A DNA stretch of 64,000 bases. It comes from Candidatus Tayloriibacteriota bacterium. Lineage in GTDB: Bacteria > Patescibacteriota > Minisyncoccia > Phycocordibacterales > CAIRYW01. Both the position numbers and the translations under genes were made by a program. Each line of letters opens with the position of its first letter. Within the stretch, counting starts at the first letter, position 1. Below, in pieces: positions 1 through 9,977 of this stretch. The DNA is taken from the NCBI GenBank assembly GCA_028286725.1, contig JAQBQZ010000007.1:7262-71261 (forward strand), in the 5' to 3' direction. Below the pieces are notes generated by a model. It was not told where the DNA came from. It ran no database searches and was given only the letters and a program-made list of their open reading frames with translations.

Positions 1-1
1 T

Positions 2-190
2 GGATTTGATGTATTAAAGGATCATAGAAATAGATTGGATGCTGATGCTTTACACTGGATGGCTGGTTTTTGGTTTGAAGCGGCGAGTAAACCGATATGG
101 CCAGGTGGTCCAGAAAAACTTCGAAACATACAGCTGCGAGCTGGAATAACAGCGCTTAAACTTTCAAAAGAAATTGAAGAAAATAAATAA
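2..190 (+). CDS. 3' end of an unidentified protein (partial, runs off the window start)
   Basis: Open frame from the window edge to TAA at 188-190 (…GFDVLKDHRNRLDADALHWMAGFWFEAASKPIWPGGPEKL…). No family recognised. Confidence 0.3.
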   Translation, partial: GFDVLKDHRNRLDADALHWMAGFWFEAASKPIWPGGPEKLRNIQLRAGITALKLSKEIEENK

Positions 191-198
191 TTCTATTC

Positions 199-546
199 AT
201 GAATGATGCAATCAACACTGTAGAAAAGTATTTCGAGCTATCAAATCAGGCTAATTTAGTGGAAATTGGTAAGATGTTTTCTGCAGATTCAATTTATAAT
301 TCCTCACGCACAGGTTTGCATCATGGAGCTCAACAGATCATGAAGATGATGACTAAATTTTATGCAGGATTTGATGAATTAAAATGGATTATAAACAGCA
401 TAAAAGAAACTCAATCTAATATTATTGAAGTAGATTTTACATTTAATGGACTAACCAAAGAAGGTTTAGCAGTAGTGAATACAGGTACAGAATATTTTGT
501 AGTACACGACGAGGTGCTTAAAAGTGTTGAGGTGAAAAGCAGATAG
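199..546 (+). CDS. NTF2-like / SnoaL-like small protein (hypothetical)
   Basis: 115-aa ORF with an ATG start. Its size and alternating hydrophobic pattern fit an NTF2/SnoaL fold. Weak call. Confidence 0.4.
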   Translation: MNDAINTVEKYFELSNQANLVEIGKMFSADSIYNSSRTGLHHGAQQIMKMMTKFYAGFDELKWIINSIKETQSNIIEVDFTFNGLTKEGLAVVNTGTEYFVVHDEVLKSVEVKSR

Positions 547-548
547 TT

Positions 549-1406
549 TTATTGTCCACTCTGAACTCTGATCCATTCCGTAAGATATTCAATCCCTTTT
601 CCTAGTGCATTACCGATTACATCAAAAAGATCTCGGAGCGGTGCTACATGTTCATATCCAAACCAGGCAATGTAGACAATAAGTACGAGCCAAGCCATGC
701 CAATGATACTTTGGGTTAATTCATAGAAAGCAGATTTGTTTTGATTCATGTGCCATCGTTTTTGCCACTGCCGTCGCTCTTGCTTCATTTGTTTTTTCCA
801 ATGCTTTGATTGGTCACTGTTTTTGAAATGTTCATATCCTGTACGAGCACGCTGCATCAAGTCTTGAGCAGTAGTACGAATAGCACCCCATGCTTCTTCT
901 TTTTCTTCGGGAGTGTCAGCTTTTGGTACGAGCATCCACATCACAAAGTAGACTGCGATCCATGCGCCATGAGTAAGTACTGTAAGAGCAATAAAAACAA
1001 TTCGTACAAGTGTCACATCGATTTCAAAATATGCGGCAAGGCCACTGCATACTCCAAAGATCACGCCAGAGTCGGGAAGAAGATAAAGCTTCTTGTGTCG
1101 TTTTGACTCAGTACTATCTTCTGATTTTTTGTTAGAAGTTGCATCACTTGCCTCCGCTTCTACTGGCCCCATGTCTTTGATGATCTTTTCGATCTCTGAG
1201 GTCAAAATGACATTTTTTGTAGAGCTCAAATATGCATCGCATTTTTCTGCGATCGCGATATTGAAGTCTTTAATAATTTCTTCTTTGTCGGGATTACTTT
1301 CAAGTTTTATTGAAGCATTGTCGAGATAGACTTTAAGAAGATTGTATCCAGATTCTTCGACTGAATATGATCTGCCTCCGAGATTGATTGTGATTACTTT
1401 GTTCAT
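549..1406 (-). CDS. PspC-domain membrane protein
   Basis: Internal segment LLPDSGVIFGVCSGLAAYFEIDVTLVRIVFIALT matches the PspC domain consensus. Followed by TM helices. Its stop overlaps the PadR start (ATGA). Confidence 0.7.
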   Translation of the reverse strand: MNKVITINLGGRSYSVEESGYNLLKVYLDNASIKLESNPDKEEIIKDFNIAIAEKCDAYLSSTKNVILTSEIEKIIKDMGPVEAEASDATSNKKSEDSTESKRHKKLYLLPDSGVIFGVCSGLAAYFEIDVTLVRIVFIALTVLTHGAWIAVYFVMWMLVPKADTPEEKEEAWGAIRTTAQDLMQRARTGYEHFKNSDQSKHWKKQMKQERRQWQKRWHMNQNKSAFYELTQSIIGMAWLVLIVYIAWFGYEHVAPLRDLFDVIGNALGKGIEYLTEWIRVQSGQ

Positions 1407-1765
1407 ATGTTTTTGATTATAGTGTTAATTTTTTGCCAATACTCTTCTGTTTCTTTTAATTCCGCTTTTCCTTTTTTGGTGAGACTGTAGTATTTGCGAG
1501 GCGGACCCACTTCAGATTCTTTCCATTCGTAGTCCAGAAATCCATCACGGCGCATACGACTGAGGAGGGGATAGAGTGTTCCTTCTTGGGTGGCGAAGTC
1601 CGTTTGATTGATCTCTTTTAAGATATCAGCTACATAAAGTGCACGAGCATCGATCATCTTCAAAAGAATGAACTCGAGGAGTCCTTTTCGTATTGCACCA
1701 AATTTTTCGTTGTTGTGATCCATATTGTTTAAATCTTTAGGTACCTTGTTGTATAAAGGTATCAT
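1403..1765 (-). CDS. PadR-family transcriptional regulator
   Basis: 120 aa. Carries the winged-helix PadR signature …GTLYPLLSRMRRDGFLDYEW…RKYYSLTKKGK. Divergently arranged from the ABC exporter pair. Confidence 0.85.
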   Translation of the reverse strand: MIPLYNKVPKDLNNMDHNNEKFGAIRKGLLEFILLKMIDARALYVADILKEINQTDFATQEGTLYPLLSRMRRDGFLDYEWKESEVGPPRKYYSLTKKGKAELKETEEYWQKINTIIKNI

Positions 1766-1916
1766 ATCGTAAAATGGTGTGAAGTGTCAAGAGTTAAATT
1801 TTTTTTGAGAATATATTTTAATGTCATAACTACTCAGAAAAACCGTCTTTACTTATAATGGTAGTCTTTAGTTAATTGGAGTAAAATGTACTCTCTACAG
1901 ATTCAATAATATAAAT

Positions 1917-3653
1917 ATGACAAAATTACTTAAATACTTAAAACCTTATACTTGGCCTATCATTTTTTTGCTTGTCCTTACAATAGGACAAGTGGTAGCG
2001 AATCTCTCCTTGCCTGACTATACAGCGCATATTATTAATGAAGGAATAGTTGGTGGGAATTCGAATGCGATCTATCACTACGGGCTCATCATGCTCCTTA
2101 TTGCACTTGGCGGAGGAATCCTTACTGTCGGTGCTGGATATTTCTCAGCACGAGTTGGTACTGGATTTGCCAAGGATATTCGTGATGGAGTGTTTGAAAA
2201 AATCGAAGGATTCTCTCTTGTTGAATTTAATAAATTTTCTACAGCATCTCTCATCACTCGAAGTACGAATGACATCCAGCAGATTCAAATGGTAGTTATC
2301 ATGCTTCTTCGTCTTGCACTCATGGCTCCTTTTATGGGAGTCATTGCTATTATAAAAGCATACGGCATCGCGCCTTCAATGACTTGGATCATGGCTGTGG
2401 CGGTAGTTACGCTCATTGTCATTATTGCCATCATATTTAGTATTGCACTTCCTCGATTTAAAAAGCTTCAGAAATTGGTGGATAGATTGAACCTTGTAAC
2501 TCGAGAAATCCTCACGGGGCTACGAGTGATCCGCGCATATGGCAAAGAAAAATATGAAGAGAATAAATTCAGAGATTCAAACAAGGAATTGACCGATGTG
2601 AATCTTTTTGTAAACAGACTTATGACGATCTTGCAGCCTGTGATGATGCTCATTATGAGTATTACATCGATTGCGATCGTATGGCTCGGCGCACATCAGA
2701 TCGATATGGGTAATATTCAGATCGGAGATATGCTCGCATTTATGCAGTATGCAATGCAGGCTATATTTGCATTCCTTATGATCTCAATCATTTTTATTAT
2801 GGTGCCTCGTGCCGCTGTATCTGCTGAGCGAATTGCTGAAGTGCTCGAATCAGAGCAGGTGATCCGTGATCCAAAAGATCCTGTCAAAGTTTCAAGACTT
2901 GGTGGTAGAGTTGAATTCAAAAATGTTTCCTTTTCATATGCGGGAGCTGAAGAGCCTGTTCTTCATGATATCTCTTTTGCTGCGGTGCCTGGGGAAACGA
3001 CTGCGATAGTTGGAAGTACTGGAAGCGGCAAATCAACAGTGATTAATCTTATCCCTCGATTTTATGATGTGACAGAAGGAGAGATTCTTGTTGATGGCAC
3101 GGACGTTCGAAAGATGACTCAGAATGATCTACGTAGCCGTATTGGCTATGTATCGCAAAAGGCACTCTTGTTTTCAGGTACAGTAAAAGAAAATATTACC
3201 TATGGAAGCCATGATGCGACGGATAGTGATGTAGAACATGCAGCTCTTGTGGCTCAAGCATCTGATTTTGTGGAAGGTCTAGATGGCAAATTAGAAAGCC
3301 ATATCGCTCAAGCCGGAGCGAATATTTCAGGTGGACAGAAGCAGCGACTTGCTATTGCTCGCGCGCTCGCAAAGAAACCCGAAATTTATATTTTTGATGA
3401 TAGTTTTTCTGCGCTTGATTTCAAGACTGATGCGGCACTTCGAATGGCTCTCGAGTCAGAAACAAAAGGCAAGACTGTGATCATTGTTGCGCAGCGAATT
3501 AGTACTATTATAAATGCAGAAAAGATCATTGTGCTTGAGTCTGGAAAGATCGTGGGAATTGGTACTCATGCAGAGTTGATGAAGAGTTCTCCTGTGTATC
3601 AAGAGATTGCATCGTCGCAGCTTTCTCAAAAGGAGCTTGCGGGAATAAAATAG
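1917..3653 (+). CDS. ABC transporter permease/ATP-binding protein (type I exporter half, MdlA/YheI-like)
   Basis: 578 aa. N-terminal 6-TM domain. Walker A GSTGSGKST, ABC signature ISGGQKQRLAIARAL, Walker B IYIFDDSFSALD. Confidence 0.9.
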   Translation: MTKLLKYLKPYTWPIIFLLVLTIGQVVANLSLPDYTAHIINEGIVGGNSNAIYHYGLIMLLIALGGGILTVGAGYFSARVGTGFAKDIRDGVFEKIEGFSLVEFNKFSTASLITRSTNDIQQIQMVVIMLLRLALMAPFMGVIAIIKAYGIAPSMTWIMAVAVVTLIVIIAIIFSIALPRFKKLQKLVDRLNLVTREILTGLRVIRAYGKEKYEENKFRDSNKELTDVNLFVNRLMTILQPVMMLIMSITSIAIVWLGAHQIDMGNIQIGDMLAFMQYAMQAIFAFLMISIIFIMVPRAAVSAERIAEVLESEQVIRDPKDPVKVSRLGGRVEFKNVSFSYAGAEEPVLHDISFAAVPGETTAIVGSTGSGKSTVINLIPRFYDVTEGEILVDGTDVRKMTQNDLRSRIGYVSQKALLFSGTVKENITYGSHDATDSDVEHAALVAQASDFVEGLDGKLESHIAQAGANISGGQKQRLAIARALAKKPEIYIFDDSFSALDFKTDAALRMALESETKGKTVIIVAQRISTIINAEKIIVLESGKIVGIGTHAELMKSSPVYQEIASSQLSQKELAGIK

Positions 3654-3672
3654 AAATAACAAAACAAACATT

Positions 3673-5547
3673 ATGGATAAAGATAATACAAAAAAGAAAG
3701 ACAACTCAACACCGCCAGCGCAACATGGTTTTGGTCGTGGAGGACCTATGGCTGGAATGGGTATGCCAGTACAAAAGCCGAAGAACTTTAAGGCGACAAT
3801 GCTAACGCTACTTCGATATTTGAAACCTTTTCGGCTGTCGATCGTGACTGTTTTGATCTTTGCTATTTTGAGTACAATATTTACGATTGTCAGTCCAAAG
3901 ATGCTCGGCGATGTGACGAATGATGTTGTTCAAGGGTTTATGAGTAAACAAATGGGCGGACCTGGTATTGATTATGGAGCAATCTGGAGCATTATCGAAC
4001 TCCTTGTTGGGCTTTATATTTTGAGTGCAATCTTTAGTTATATTCAAGGATGGATCATGTCTGGCGTATCTCAGCAGGTGACATTTAATTTAAGAAAAAA
4101 TATTTCAGAAAAGATAAACACTCTTCCTTTAAGTTATTTTGACAGTCGAACTCATGGAGAAGTGCTGAGTCGCGTCACAAACGATGTGGATACGGTGAGC
4201 CAGACATTGAACCAAAGTTTGACTCAGATCGTGACCGCAGTGACATCGCTTGTGGGAATTCTCATCATGATGCTTACGATCAGCTGGCAGATGACTTTGC
4301 TTGCGATCATTGTATTGCCTATAAGTTTTGGGCTCATTGGACTTGTTGTTGGAAGATCTCAAAAATATTTTATGACTCAGCAGGAATCTTTGGGCAAAAT
4401 AAACGGACACGTTGAAGAAATGTTTTCGGGACATACCGTGATGAAAGCGTTTAATGGTGAAGAAAAATCAATCAATACTTTTAAAAATATTAATAGTGAG
4501 CTTTATGATAGCGCATGGAAGTCACAGTTTTTCTCAGGACTTTTGATGCCGATCATGACATTTGTTGGAAACTTGGGATATGTTGGTGTGGCGGTTTTGG
4601 GAGGATGGCTTGCGATACAAGGCAAAATAAAGATCGGAGACATTCAGGCATTTATTCAATATATGAATCAGTTTACTCAGCCGATCACTCAAACTGCAAA
4701 CATTGCTAATGTGTTGCAGTCGACAGCTGCCGCTGCTGAACGAGTGTTTGAATTTCTTGGAGAAGAAAATGAGATCAAAGAAATTACGAATCCAGTCGTA
4801 TTGAAAGAAGTGAAAGGGGGAGTAGAATTTGAAAATATTGTGTTTGGGTATTCTCCAGAGAAGACTATTATTCATGGATTTACTGCAAGCATTAAGCCGG
4901 GGCAAAAAGTGGCGCTGGTAGGGCCTACTGGAGCTGGAAAGACTACGATGGTGAATCTCTTGATGCGATTTTATGATGTAAACAGTGGAGCCATAAAGAT
5001 CGATGGAGTTGATATTAGAGATTTGAGACGGGAGGATCTTCGTGCCCTTTTTGGAATGGTACTTCAGGATAGCTGGCTTTTTACAGGTACGATCGAAGAA
5101 AATATTGCATATGCAAAAGTGAATGCGACTCATGATGATGTGGTTCATGCTGCAGAAGCGGCTCATGCTGATCACTTTATTCGTGCACTTCCTGGTGGAT
5201 ATGGAATGAAACTCAATGAAGAAGCGGATAATATTTCTCAAGGTGAAAAACAGCTTTTGACTATTGCTCGAGCGATGCTCGCTGATACACCGATGCTCAT
5301 ACTTGATGAAGCGACAAGTTCTGTTGATACTCGAACAGAAACCTTGATCCAAAAAGCGATGGAGAAACTCATGCATGGACGAACAAGTTTCGTTATTGCC
5401 CATAGGCTCTCTACGATCAAAAATGCCGATCTTATACTTGTGATGCGAGATGGAAATATTGTTGAGCAGGGTAATCACGAAGCGCTCCTATCGCAAAATG
5501 GCTTCTACGCATCGCTTTATAACAGTCAGTTTGCAAACGAGAATTAG
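3673..5547 (+). CDS. ABC transporter permease/ATP-binding protein (type I exporter half, MdlB/YheH-like)
   Basis: 624 aa. Gly/Met-rich N-terminal extension, then a TMD. Walker A GPTGAGKTT, signature ISQGEKQLLTIARAM, Walker B LILDEATSSVD. Forms a heterodimeric pair with the upstream gene. Confidence 0.9.
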   Translation: MDKDNTKKKDNSTPPAQHGFGRGGPMAGMGMPVQKPKNFKATMLTLLRYLKPFRLSIVTVLIFAILSTIFTIVSPKMLGDVTNDVVQGFMSKQMGGPGIDYGAIWSIIELLVGLYILSAIFSYIQGWIMSGVSQQVTFNLRKNISEKINTLPLSYFDSRTHGEVLSRVTNDVDTVSQTLNQSLTQIVTAVTSLVGILIMMLTISWQMTLLAIIVLPISFGLIGLVVGRSQKYFMTQQESLGKINGHVEEMFSGHTVMKAFNGEEKSINTFKNINSELYDSAWKSQFFSGLLMPIMTFVGNLGYVGVAVLGGWLAIQGKIKIGDIQAFIQYMNQFTQPITQTANIANVLQSTAAAAERVFEFLGEENEIKEITNPVVLKEVKGGVEFENIVFGYSPEKTIIHGFTASIKPGQKVALVGPTGAGKTTMVNLLMRFYDVNSGAIKIDGVDIRDLRREDLRALFGMVLQDSWLFTGTIEENIAYAKVNATHDDVVHAAEAAHADHFIRALPGGYGMKLNEEADNISQGEKQLLTIARAMLADTPMLILDEATSSVDTRTETLIQKAMEKLMHGRTSFVIAHRLSTIKNADLILVMRDGNIVEQGNHEALLSQNGFYASLYNSQFANEN

Positions 5548-5550
5548 ACG

Positions 5551-5901
5551 ATGAAAATTAAAAGTGATTTTAGTGCGCGAGTTCTTCGAATAGCTTTGTC
5601 TATCCCTTTTGGAAAAATAATGACCTATGGCATGATCGCGCGAGCTGCAGGAGGTGGCGGACAAGCATCAAGAAGTGTGACTTCAATACTTGGTAAAGCT
5701 TATTTGAAAGATGAAAAGAATATTCCTTTTCATCGCATTGTGTATGCTGGAGGCAAAGTATGGCTTGATGAAAAACACGGACAGTCTCGCAAGAAATTAT
5801 ATAAAAAAGAAGGAATCATTTTGAATGATAAAGGCAAGATAACCAATTTTGAAGATGTGTTGTACGAACTATATTTGCCAAAATATCACGAAGAGCGTTA
5901 A
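5551..5901 (+). CDS. MGMT-family DNA-binding domain protein, alkyltransferase-like (ATL) with the nucleophile replaced
   Basis: 116 aa. The pattern IPFGKIMTYGMIARAAGG…ASRSV…NIPFHRIV aligns with the C-terminal domain of O6-alkylguanine alkyltransferases (PCHRV motif). The catalytic Cys is replaced by Phe (PFHRI). Confidence 0.6.
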   Translation: MKIKSDFSARVLRIALSIPFGKIMTYGMIARAAGGGGQASRSVTSILGKAYLKDEKNIPFHRIVYAGGKVWLDEKHGQSRKKLYKKEGIILNDKGKITNFEDVLYELYLPKYHEER

Positions 5902-5922
5902 AAACAGAATTTAAATATAATT

Positions 5923-6213
5923 ATGAAATCTACAACTTGGAAAACAGTCAAAAAGTTTGAGGACATTCCAAACATCGGGCCTGCAATGGTCAAGGATTTT
6001 AAATTGCTCGGTCTCAACGATCCAATGGATTTAAAAGGCAAGGATCCGTATCAGCTTTATTTAAAGATTTGTAAGATCACAAAGTCTCGTCATGATCAGT
6101 GTGTCCTAGATACTTATATGGCAGCGGTAGATTTTATGAATGGAGCATCTCCAAAATTTTGGTGGAAATATACTCTACTTAGAAAGGAAAAATATCCTGA
6201 TTTAAGCAATTAG
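5923..6213 (+). CDS. helix-hairpin-helix domain small protein (PF11731-like)
   Basis: 96 aa. …FEDIPNIGPAMVKDFKLLGLNDPMDLKGKDP… matches the HhH 'pathogenicity locus' domain pattern. Confidence 0.5.
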   Translation: MKSTTWKTVKKFEDIPNIGPAMVKDFKLLGLNDPMDLKGKDPYQLYLKICKITKSRHDQCVLDTYMAAVDFMNGASPKFWWKYTLLRKEKYPDLSN

Positions 6214-6219
6214 AATTTG

Positions 6220-6759
6220 CTATTTCTCTTTACTTTCTTTTCTATCTTCTTTTTCCACTTCTTGCTCTGTTTTTTCGGATGTCCAACCAATCGCATTTGT
6301 AATGAGTTGGATCATCGTGGCCCCTCCTGATAGTGCGAGGATAAGAATGAGTATCCAAAGATCAGGGAAAAGAAAGTGAAAGAATGTAATAAAAGTGGCA
6401 GTCCAAATACTTGTACACCAGGGGCATCCGAGAAGATCATGAACGACTCGTCTTATACCATAGTTTGTTGCTGATTTTTGTATAATAATATTATTTTTTT
6501 TGACCTCGATACTTTTTATATCAACAAATAGATCTCGGAAGAATTGCATTGATTTGTCATAAACGAAGAATTCTGTAAGCCTGAGCGTTGCAAATAAAAG
6601 CAAGAAGAAATCAAAAACACTAATTCCACGCGGGAATCCTCTCTGATTTTTGAGATATACTATAAGCAAGGTTGCTGTCAAAATATAGGCAACAATAGAT
6701 GTCACAAAATTCATAAGATCTTGATTTTCTTTCCGGAATCGGATTTTTAAGTAGGTCAT
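6220..6759 (-). CDS. DUF1360-family membrane protein
   Basis: 179 aa, 3-4 TM helices. Conserved LLGCPWCTSIWTA motif typical of DUF1360. Confidence 0.5.
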   Translation of the reverse strand: MTYLKIRFRKENQDLMNFVTSIVAYILTATLLIVYLKNQRGFPRGISVFDFFLLLFATLRLTEFFVYDKSMQFFRDLFVDIKSIEVKKNNIIIQKSATNYGIRRVVHDLLGCPWCTSIWTATFITFFHFLFPDLWILILILALSGGATMIQLITNAIGWTSEKTEQEVEKEDRKESKEK

Positions 6760-6841
6760 ATACTATATGACGTGAGCTTAATTCAAAGCTTACAAATACT
6801 ATTGTCATAGGAATATAACGGATTCGTCACCTTAATTACAT

Positions 6842-8035
6842 ATGAAATCGATAAATAACATAGAAGATAACTTACAAAAAAGCGATCCTTTGGCTGCCAA
6901 GCTTCGTCCTCGAAGCCTAAAGGCCTATATCGGACAATCACATCTTGTGGGCCAGGGTAAACCTCTTGCAGAAGCTATCGAAAAAAAACATATTTTTTCT
7001 TTTATCCTTTGGGGTCCACCCGGAGTTGGGAAGACAACACTTGCTAGGATTTATGCAGAAGCAGTAGATGCTAAATTCTACGAGCTTTCTGCGGTGTCAG
7101 CAGGCAAGGATGATATAAGAAAGATTGTCGAAGAGGGAAAAGGTGAACTCAATTTTGATCCAAGAAAAAAGATTTTGTTTTTGGATGAGATTCATAGATT
7201 CAACAAAGCGCAGCAGGATTTTCTTTTACCCTTTGTTGAGTCGGGTGTGCTTACTCTAATCGGAGCCACTACAGAAAATCCGAGCTTCGAAGTTATTTCT
7301 CCTCTTCTTTCGCGAACCCGCGTGTTTGTTCTGAATGAATTAACAAACGATGAAATGGAAGAAATCATTGATGGGGCAGTAAAATTCTCCAAGACAAAGA
7401 TCGATCAGAAATCAAAGCAATGGCTTGTCGCCATGGCAAACGGTGATGCAAGACAAGTGCTTTCTGTCATTGATGCAACATTAAGTTTGTATGGAAAGAT
7501 TACAGAAAATAATCTGAAAGAAGCAGTCCAATCCAAATTCCTTCGTTATGATAAAAAGGGAGAAGAGCATTACAATACTATTTCTGCATTCATTAAAAGC
7601 ATGAGGGCAAGCCAGCCTGATGCTGCGCTTTATTATTTGGCTCGAATGATTGACGCAGGAGAGGATCCAAAATTCATCGCAAGAAGAATGGTGATCTTTG
7701 CGAGCGAAGATATAGGATTGGCACAGTCAACGGCGCTCGTCGTGACAAATGAAGTATTTAGAGCTGTCGAAACAATCGGACTTCCTGAATGTGCTATTAA
7801 TCTTGCTCACGGAGTAACCTATCTATCTCTCGCAAAAAAGGATCGACGAAGTAATGATGCTTATTTTGAGGCACTTCAAGATGTCAAAAAATATGGCAAT
7901 CTGCCTGTGCCCATGATGATACGAAATGCGCCTACTAAACTTATGAAAGATCTTGGGTATCATAAAGGCTATGAAAAATATACAAAAGAAGATCTTTTGC
8001 CTTCTAAACTTAAGAATAGGAAATATCTAATCTAA
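6842..8035 (+). CDS. rarA: replication-associated recombination protein A (AAA+ ATPase RarA/MgsA)
   Basis: 397 aa. Walker [14 protein letters not shown], Walker [11 protein letters not shown], and the C-terminal MgsA helical-lid motif [26 protein letters not shown]. Confidence 0.9.
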   Translation: MKSINNIEDNLQKSDPLAAKLRPRSLKAYIGQSHLVGQGKPLAEAIEKKHIFSFILWGPPGVGKTTLARIYAEAVDAKFYELSAVSAGKDDIRKIVEEGKGELNFDPRKKILFLDEIHRFNKAQQDFLLPFVESGVLTLIGATTENPSFEVISPLLSRTRVFVLNELTNDEMEEIIDGAVKFSKTKIDQKSKQWLVAMANGDARQVLSVIDATLSLYGKITENNLKEAVQSKFLRYDKKGEEHYNTISAFIKSMRASQPDAALYYLARMIDAGEDPKFIARRMVIFASEDIGLAQSTALVVTNEVFRAVETIGLPECAINLAHGVTYLSLAKKDRRSNDAYFEALQDVKKYGNLPVPMMIRNAPTKLMKDLGYHKGYEKYTKEDLLPSKLKNRKYLI

Positions 8036-8112
8036 GAGGGTTTGTCATAACCTGTGATGAAGCTCGTCTCCAATCTTACAGTATAGAATTATTAGTTTTT
8101 TATTCAAATTTT

Positions 8113-8628
8113 ATGCCAAATACAAAATCAAAACAAAAAGATCTGTCAGCCCTACTTGTTACTAAACTATCTGTTCTTCTGGATATCGAGGAACAGCTTA
8201 TAAAGGCTCTGCCAAAGCTTGCTAAGGCGGCAACTGACAAAGAGCTGAAAGATGGATTCACAACACATCTTGATGAAACTAAAGGTCATGTCAAAAGGCT
8301 GGAGCGGGCATTCACACTTCTCAACACTAAGCCTGAAAGGGGGATGAAATCCGCTGGTATCAGAGGAATTATTGAAGATGGGGGATGGGTGATCAAAAAT
8401 GTAAAACCAAAAGAAGCACTCGATACGAATCTCATTGCTGCTGCATCTTATGCAGAACATTACGAAATGGCAGGATATATGGCAGCTTTGATCTGGGCTG
8501 AAGAATTAGGATTGTCTGAAGTGGCAGAACTTCTCGAAGCAAATCTTAAAGAAGAGGTTGCCGCGGATGAAAAGCTTGCAAAACTCGGTACAGAAAAGAT
8601 CAATGTAAAAAGTTTGAATATGGAATAA
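8113..8628 (+). CDS. ferritin-like DUF892 (YciE/YciF family) protein
   Basis: 171 aa. Pattern LLDIEEQLIKALPKLAKAA…LKDGFTTHLDETKGHVKRLERAF fits the DUF892 ferritin-like family. Confidence 0.65.
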   Translation: MPNTKSKQKDLSALLVTKLSVLLDIEEQLIKALPKLAKAATDKELKDGFTTHLDETKGHVKRLERAFTLLNTKPERGMKSAGIRGIIEDGGWVIKNVKPKEALDTNLIAAASYAEHYEMAGYMAALIWAEELGLSEVAELLEANLKEEVAADEKLAKLGTEKINVKSLNME

Positions 8629-8680
8629 TAAGAAAATTAATAAATATCTCACCAATCTATGGCGGGGTGTTTATTAATTA

Positions 8681-9622
8681 TTACTTTTTTTGATAGGCTC
8701 TGACGTAGTCAATCTCTAAATATGCAGGCCAAATGTTTGTTGCGTCAGGGGTACCGGGCCAGCTACCTTCGCCGCCTACTGCAAGATTTACTAATATGTA
8801 AAACGGCTTATCTGCGTCCGCATTATGCGGACAATTTGCATATGGTTGTCCATCAAAATAATAAGTGATCGATTCTGGTTCCCAGTCAACGCCATAAGTA
8901 TGGAAGTCTGCTGTTACATCTGTACCGGTGTCGTGCCATGCTCCGCAGATACTGTTATTTGGATTAAAATGTGATGCATAATGGATCATTGCTTCACCAC
9001 CTTCTCCATTTACAGAATTTGTATCACCAAATGCTTCCATTGCATCGATCTCTGGCGGCCAGCTTGTATCAACAGGGAGGAGCCAGAATGCTGGCCAAAG
9101 GCCTTTTCCTTTTGGGAGTTTTGCTCTTATTTCAAAGTATCCATACTGCTGTGAAAAATAATGCTGCGTTGTGATCATTCCTGAAGTGTATTTGGCCCAC
9201 GGACCAATTCCAGACTGTATTACTGTGTCTGATGGTGTTGCTTCAATACGGAGTACTCCATCTGAAATTGAAAAAGGAAATTTGCTTGTGGTCGGTAGAT
9301 TGGGGGAAGTATGTTCATTAAAGTATTTTATAAATGTCCGGTCGATGTAAATCTGCGCTTCGTTATTCGATGCTGTAGTGCGTGTGCAGTTGTAATACAG
9401 GGTTTGCCAAACACCAGCCCCATCTGTACCACAAGTTTCGTCTCCATTTGGATCTAGGTATTGTTTGAAGGTGTCAAAATCATCGTTGAAAGTGAGCTGC
9501 ATTCCACTTATAAGTTGTTCTTGTGGTGTAAGTGGGATATCGTTTTTTGTTTCATTTGACATAAGTACTATAACAATAAGACAAACGATTGTTCCCAGGA
9601 TAGCTTTAGAGCTTAATTTCAT
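8681..9622 (-). CDS. glycoside hydrolase family 16 (laminarinase / beta-glucanase), membrane-anchored
   Basis: GH16 catalytic motif E-x-D-x-x-E is present as EIDAMEAFGD. Also carries GLWPAFWLLP and the beta-jelly-roll pattern. The ATG at 9622 (MKLSSKAILGTIVCLIVIVLMS) gives a signal-anchor helix. The longer ORF, to 9706, would overlap the upstream gene by 100 bp. Confidence 0.85.
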   Translation of the reverse strand: MKLSSKAILGTIVCLIVIVLMSNETKNDIPLTPQEQLISGMQLTFNDDFDTFKQYLDPNGDETCGTDGAGVWQTLYYNCTRTTASNNEAQIYIDRTFIKYFNEHTSPNLPTTSKFPFSISDGVLRIEATPSDTVIQSGIGPWAKYTSGMITTQHYFSQQYGYFEIRAKLPKGKGLWPAFWLLPVDTSWPPEIDAMEAFGDTNSVNGEGGEAMIHYASHFNPNNSICGAWHDTGTDVTADFHTYGVDWEPESITYYFDGQPYANCPHNADADKPFYILVNLAVGGEGSWPGTPDATNIWPAYLEIDYVRAYQKK

Positions 9623-9977
9623 AGTTAAAGAGTGATCGATTTCGAGAATCGTTTCGTCCATTTCGTCGTGGTGGAGCAGGTGTTGGTCTACGATTTTCGT
9701 GCTCATCAGTTGATGAAGAAATGTTTTGTTGTGCAGGAGGATTAAAATCTGTGTTTTGATTTTGTGCTGGAGATGCTGGCGGATTTTGTGGTATTACCGT
9801 TGGGGAAGTTGCGGGGGCTATAAAATGCCTAATCTTGGTTGTTGTGGTTTGAGGCGCGGTCTTTGTTTTAGGCTGAAGTGATGCTAGCCTATCGTATTCG
9901 ACATCTAGCATCCATCCAAATGCAACGCAAAGCAACAAAACAAAAATTGTATATTCTATTTTATATTTGTATTTCAT
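9606..9977 (-). CDS. small N-terminally anchored Pro/Thr/Gln-rich protein (hypothetical)
   Basis: 123 aa. One TM helix (YTIFVLLLCVAFGWM) followed by a low-complexity PT/Q-rich tail. Its start overlaps the GT2 stop (ATGA at 9974-9977) and its stop sits 17 nt inside the GH16 start. Both overlaps suggest translational coupling. Confidence 0.45.
   Translation of the reverse strand: MKYKYKIEYTIFVLLLCVAFGWMLDVEYDRLASLQPKTKTAPQTTTTKIRHFIAPATSPTVIPQNPPASPAQNQNTDFNPPAQQNISSSTDEHENRRPTPAPPRRNGRNDSRNRSLFNYEIKL

Noticed and set aside
4534-5478. 314-aa minus-strand ORF inside the second ABC exporter gene
   Set aside because: Fully antisense to a gene with unmistakable ABC motifs. Its composition is low-complexity (Ser/Ile/Phe-rich) with no recognisable domain. 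Chance ORF in an AT-rich antisense frame.
9622-9706. Longer annotated start (9706) for the GH16 gene
   Set aside because: It would overlap the upstream Pro/Thr-rich gene by 100 nt in another frame. The ATG at 9622 gives a normal signal-anchor N-terminus and only a 17-nt overlap.
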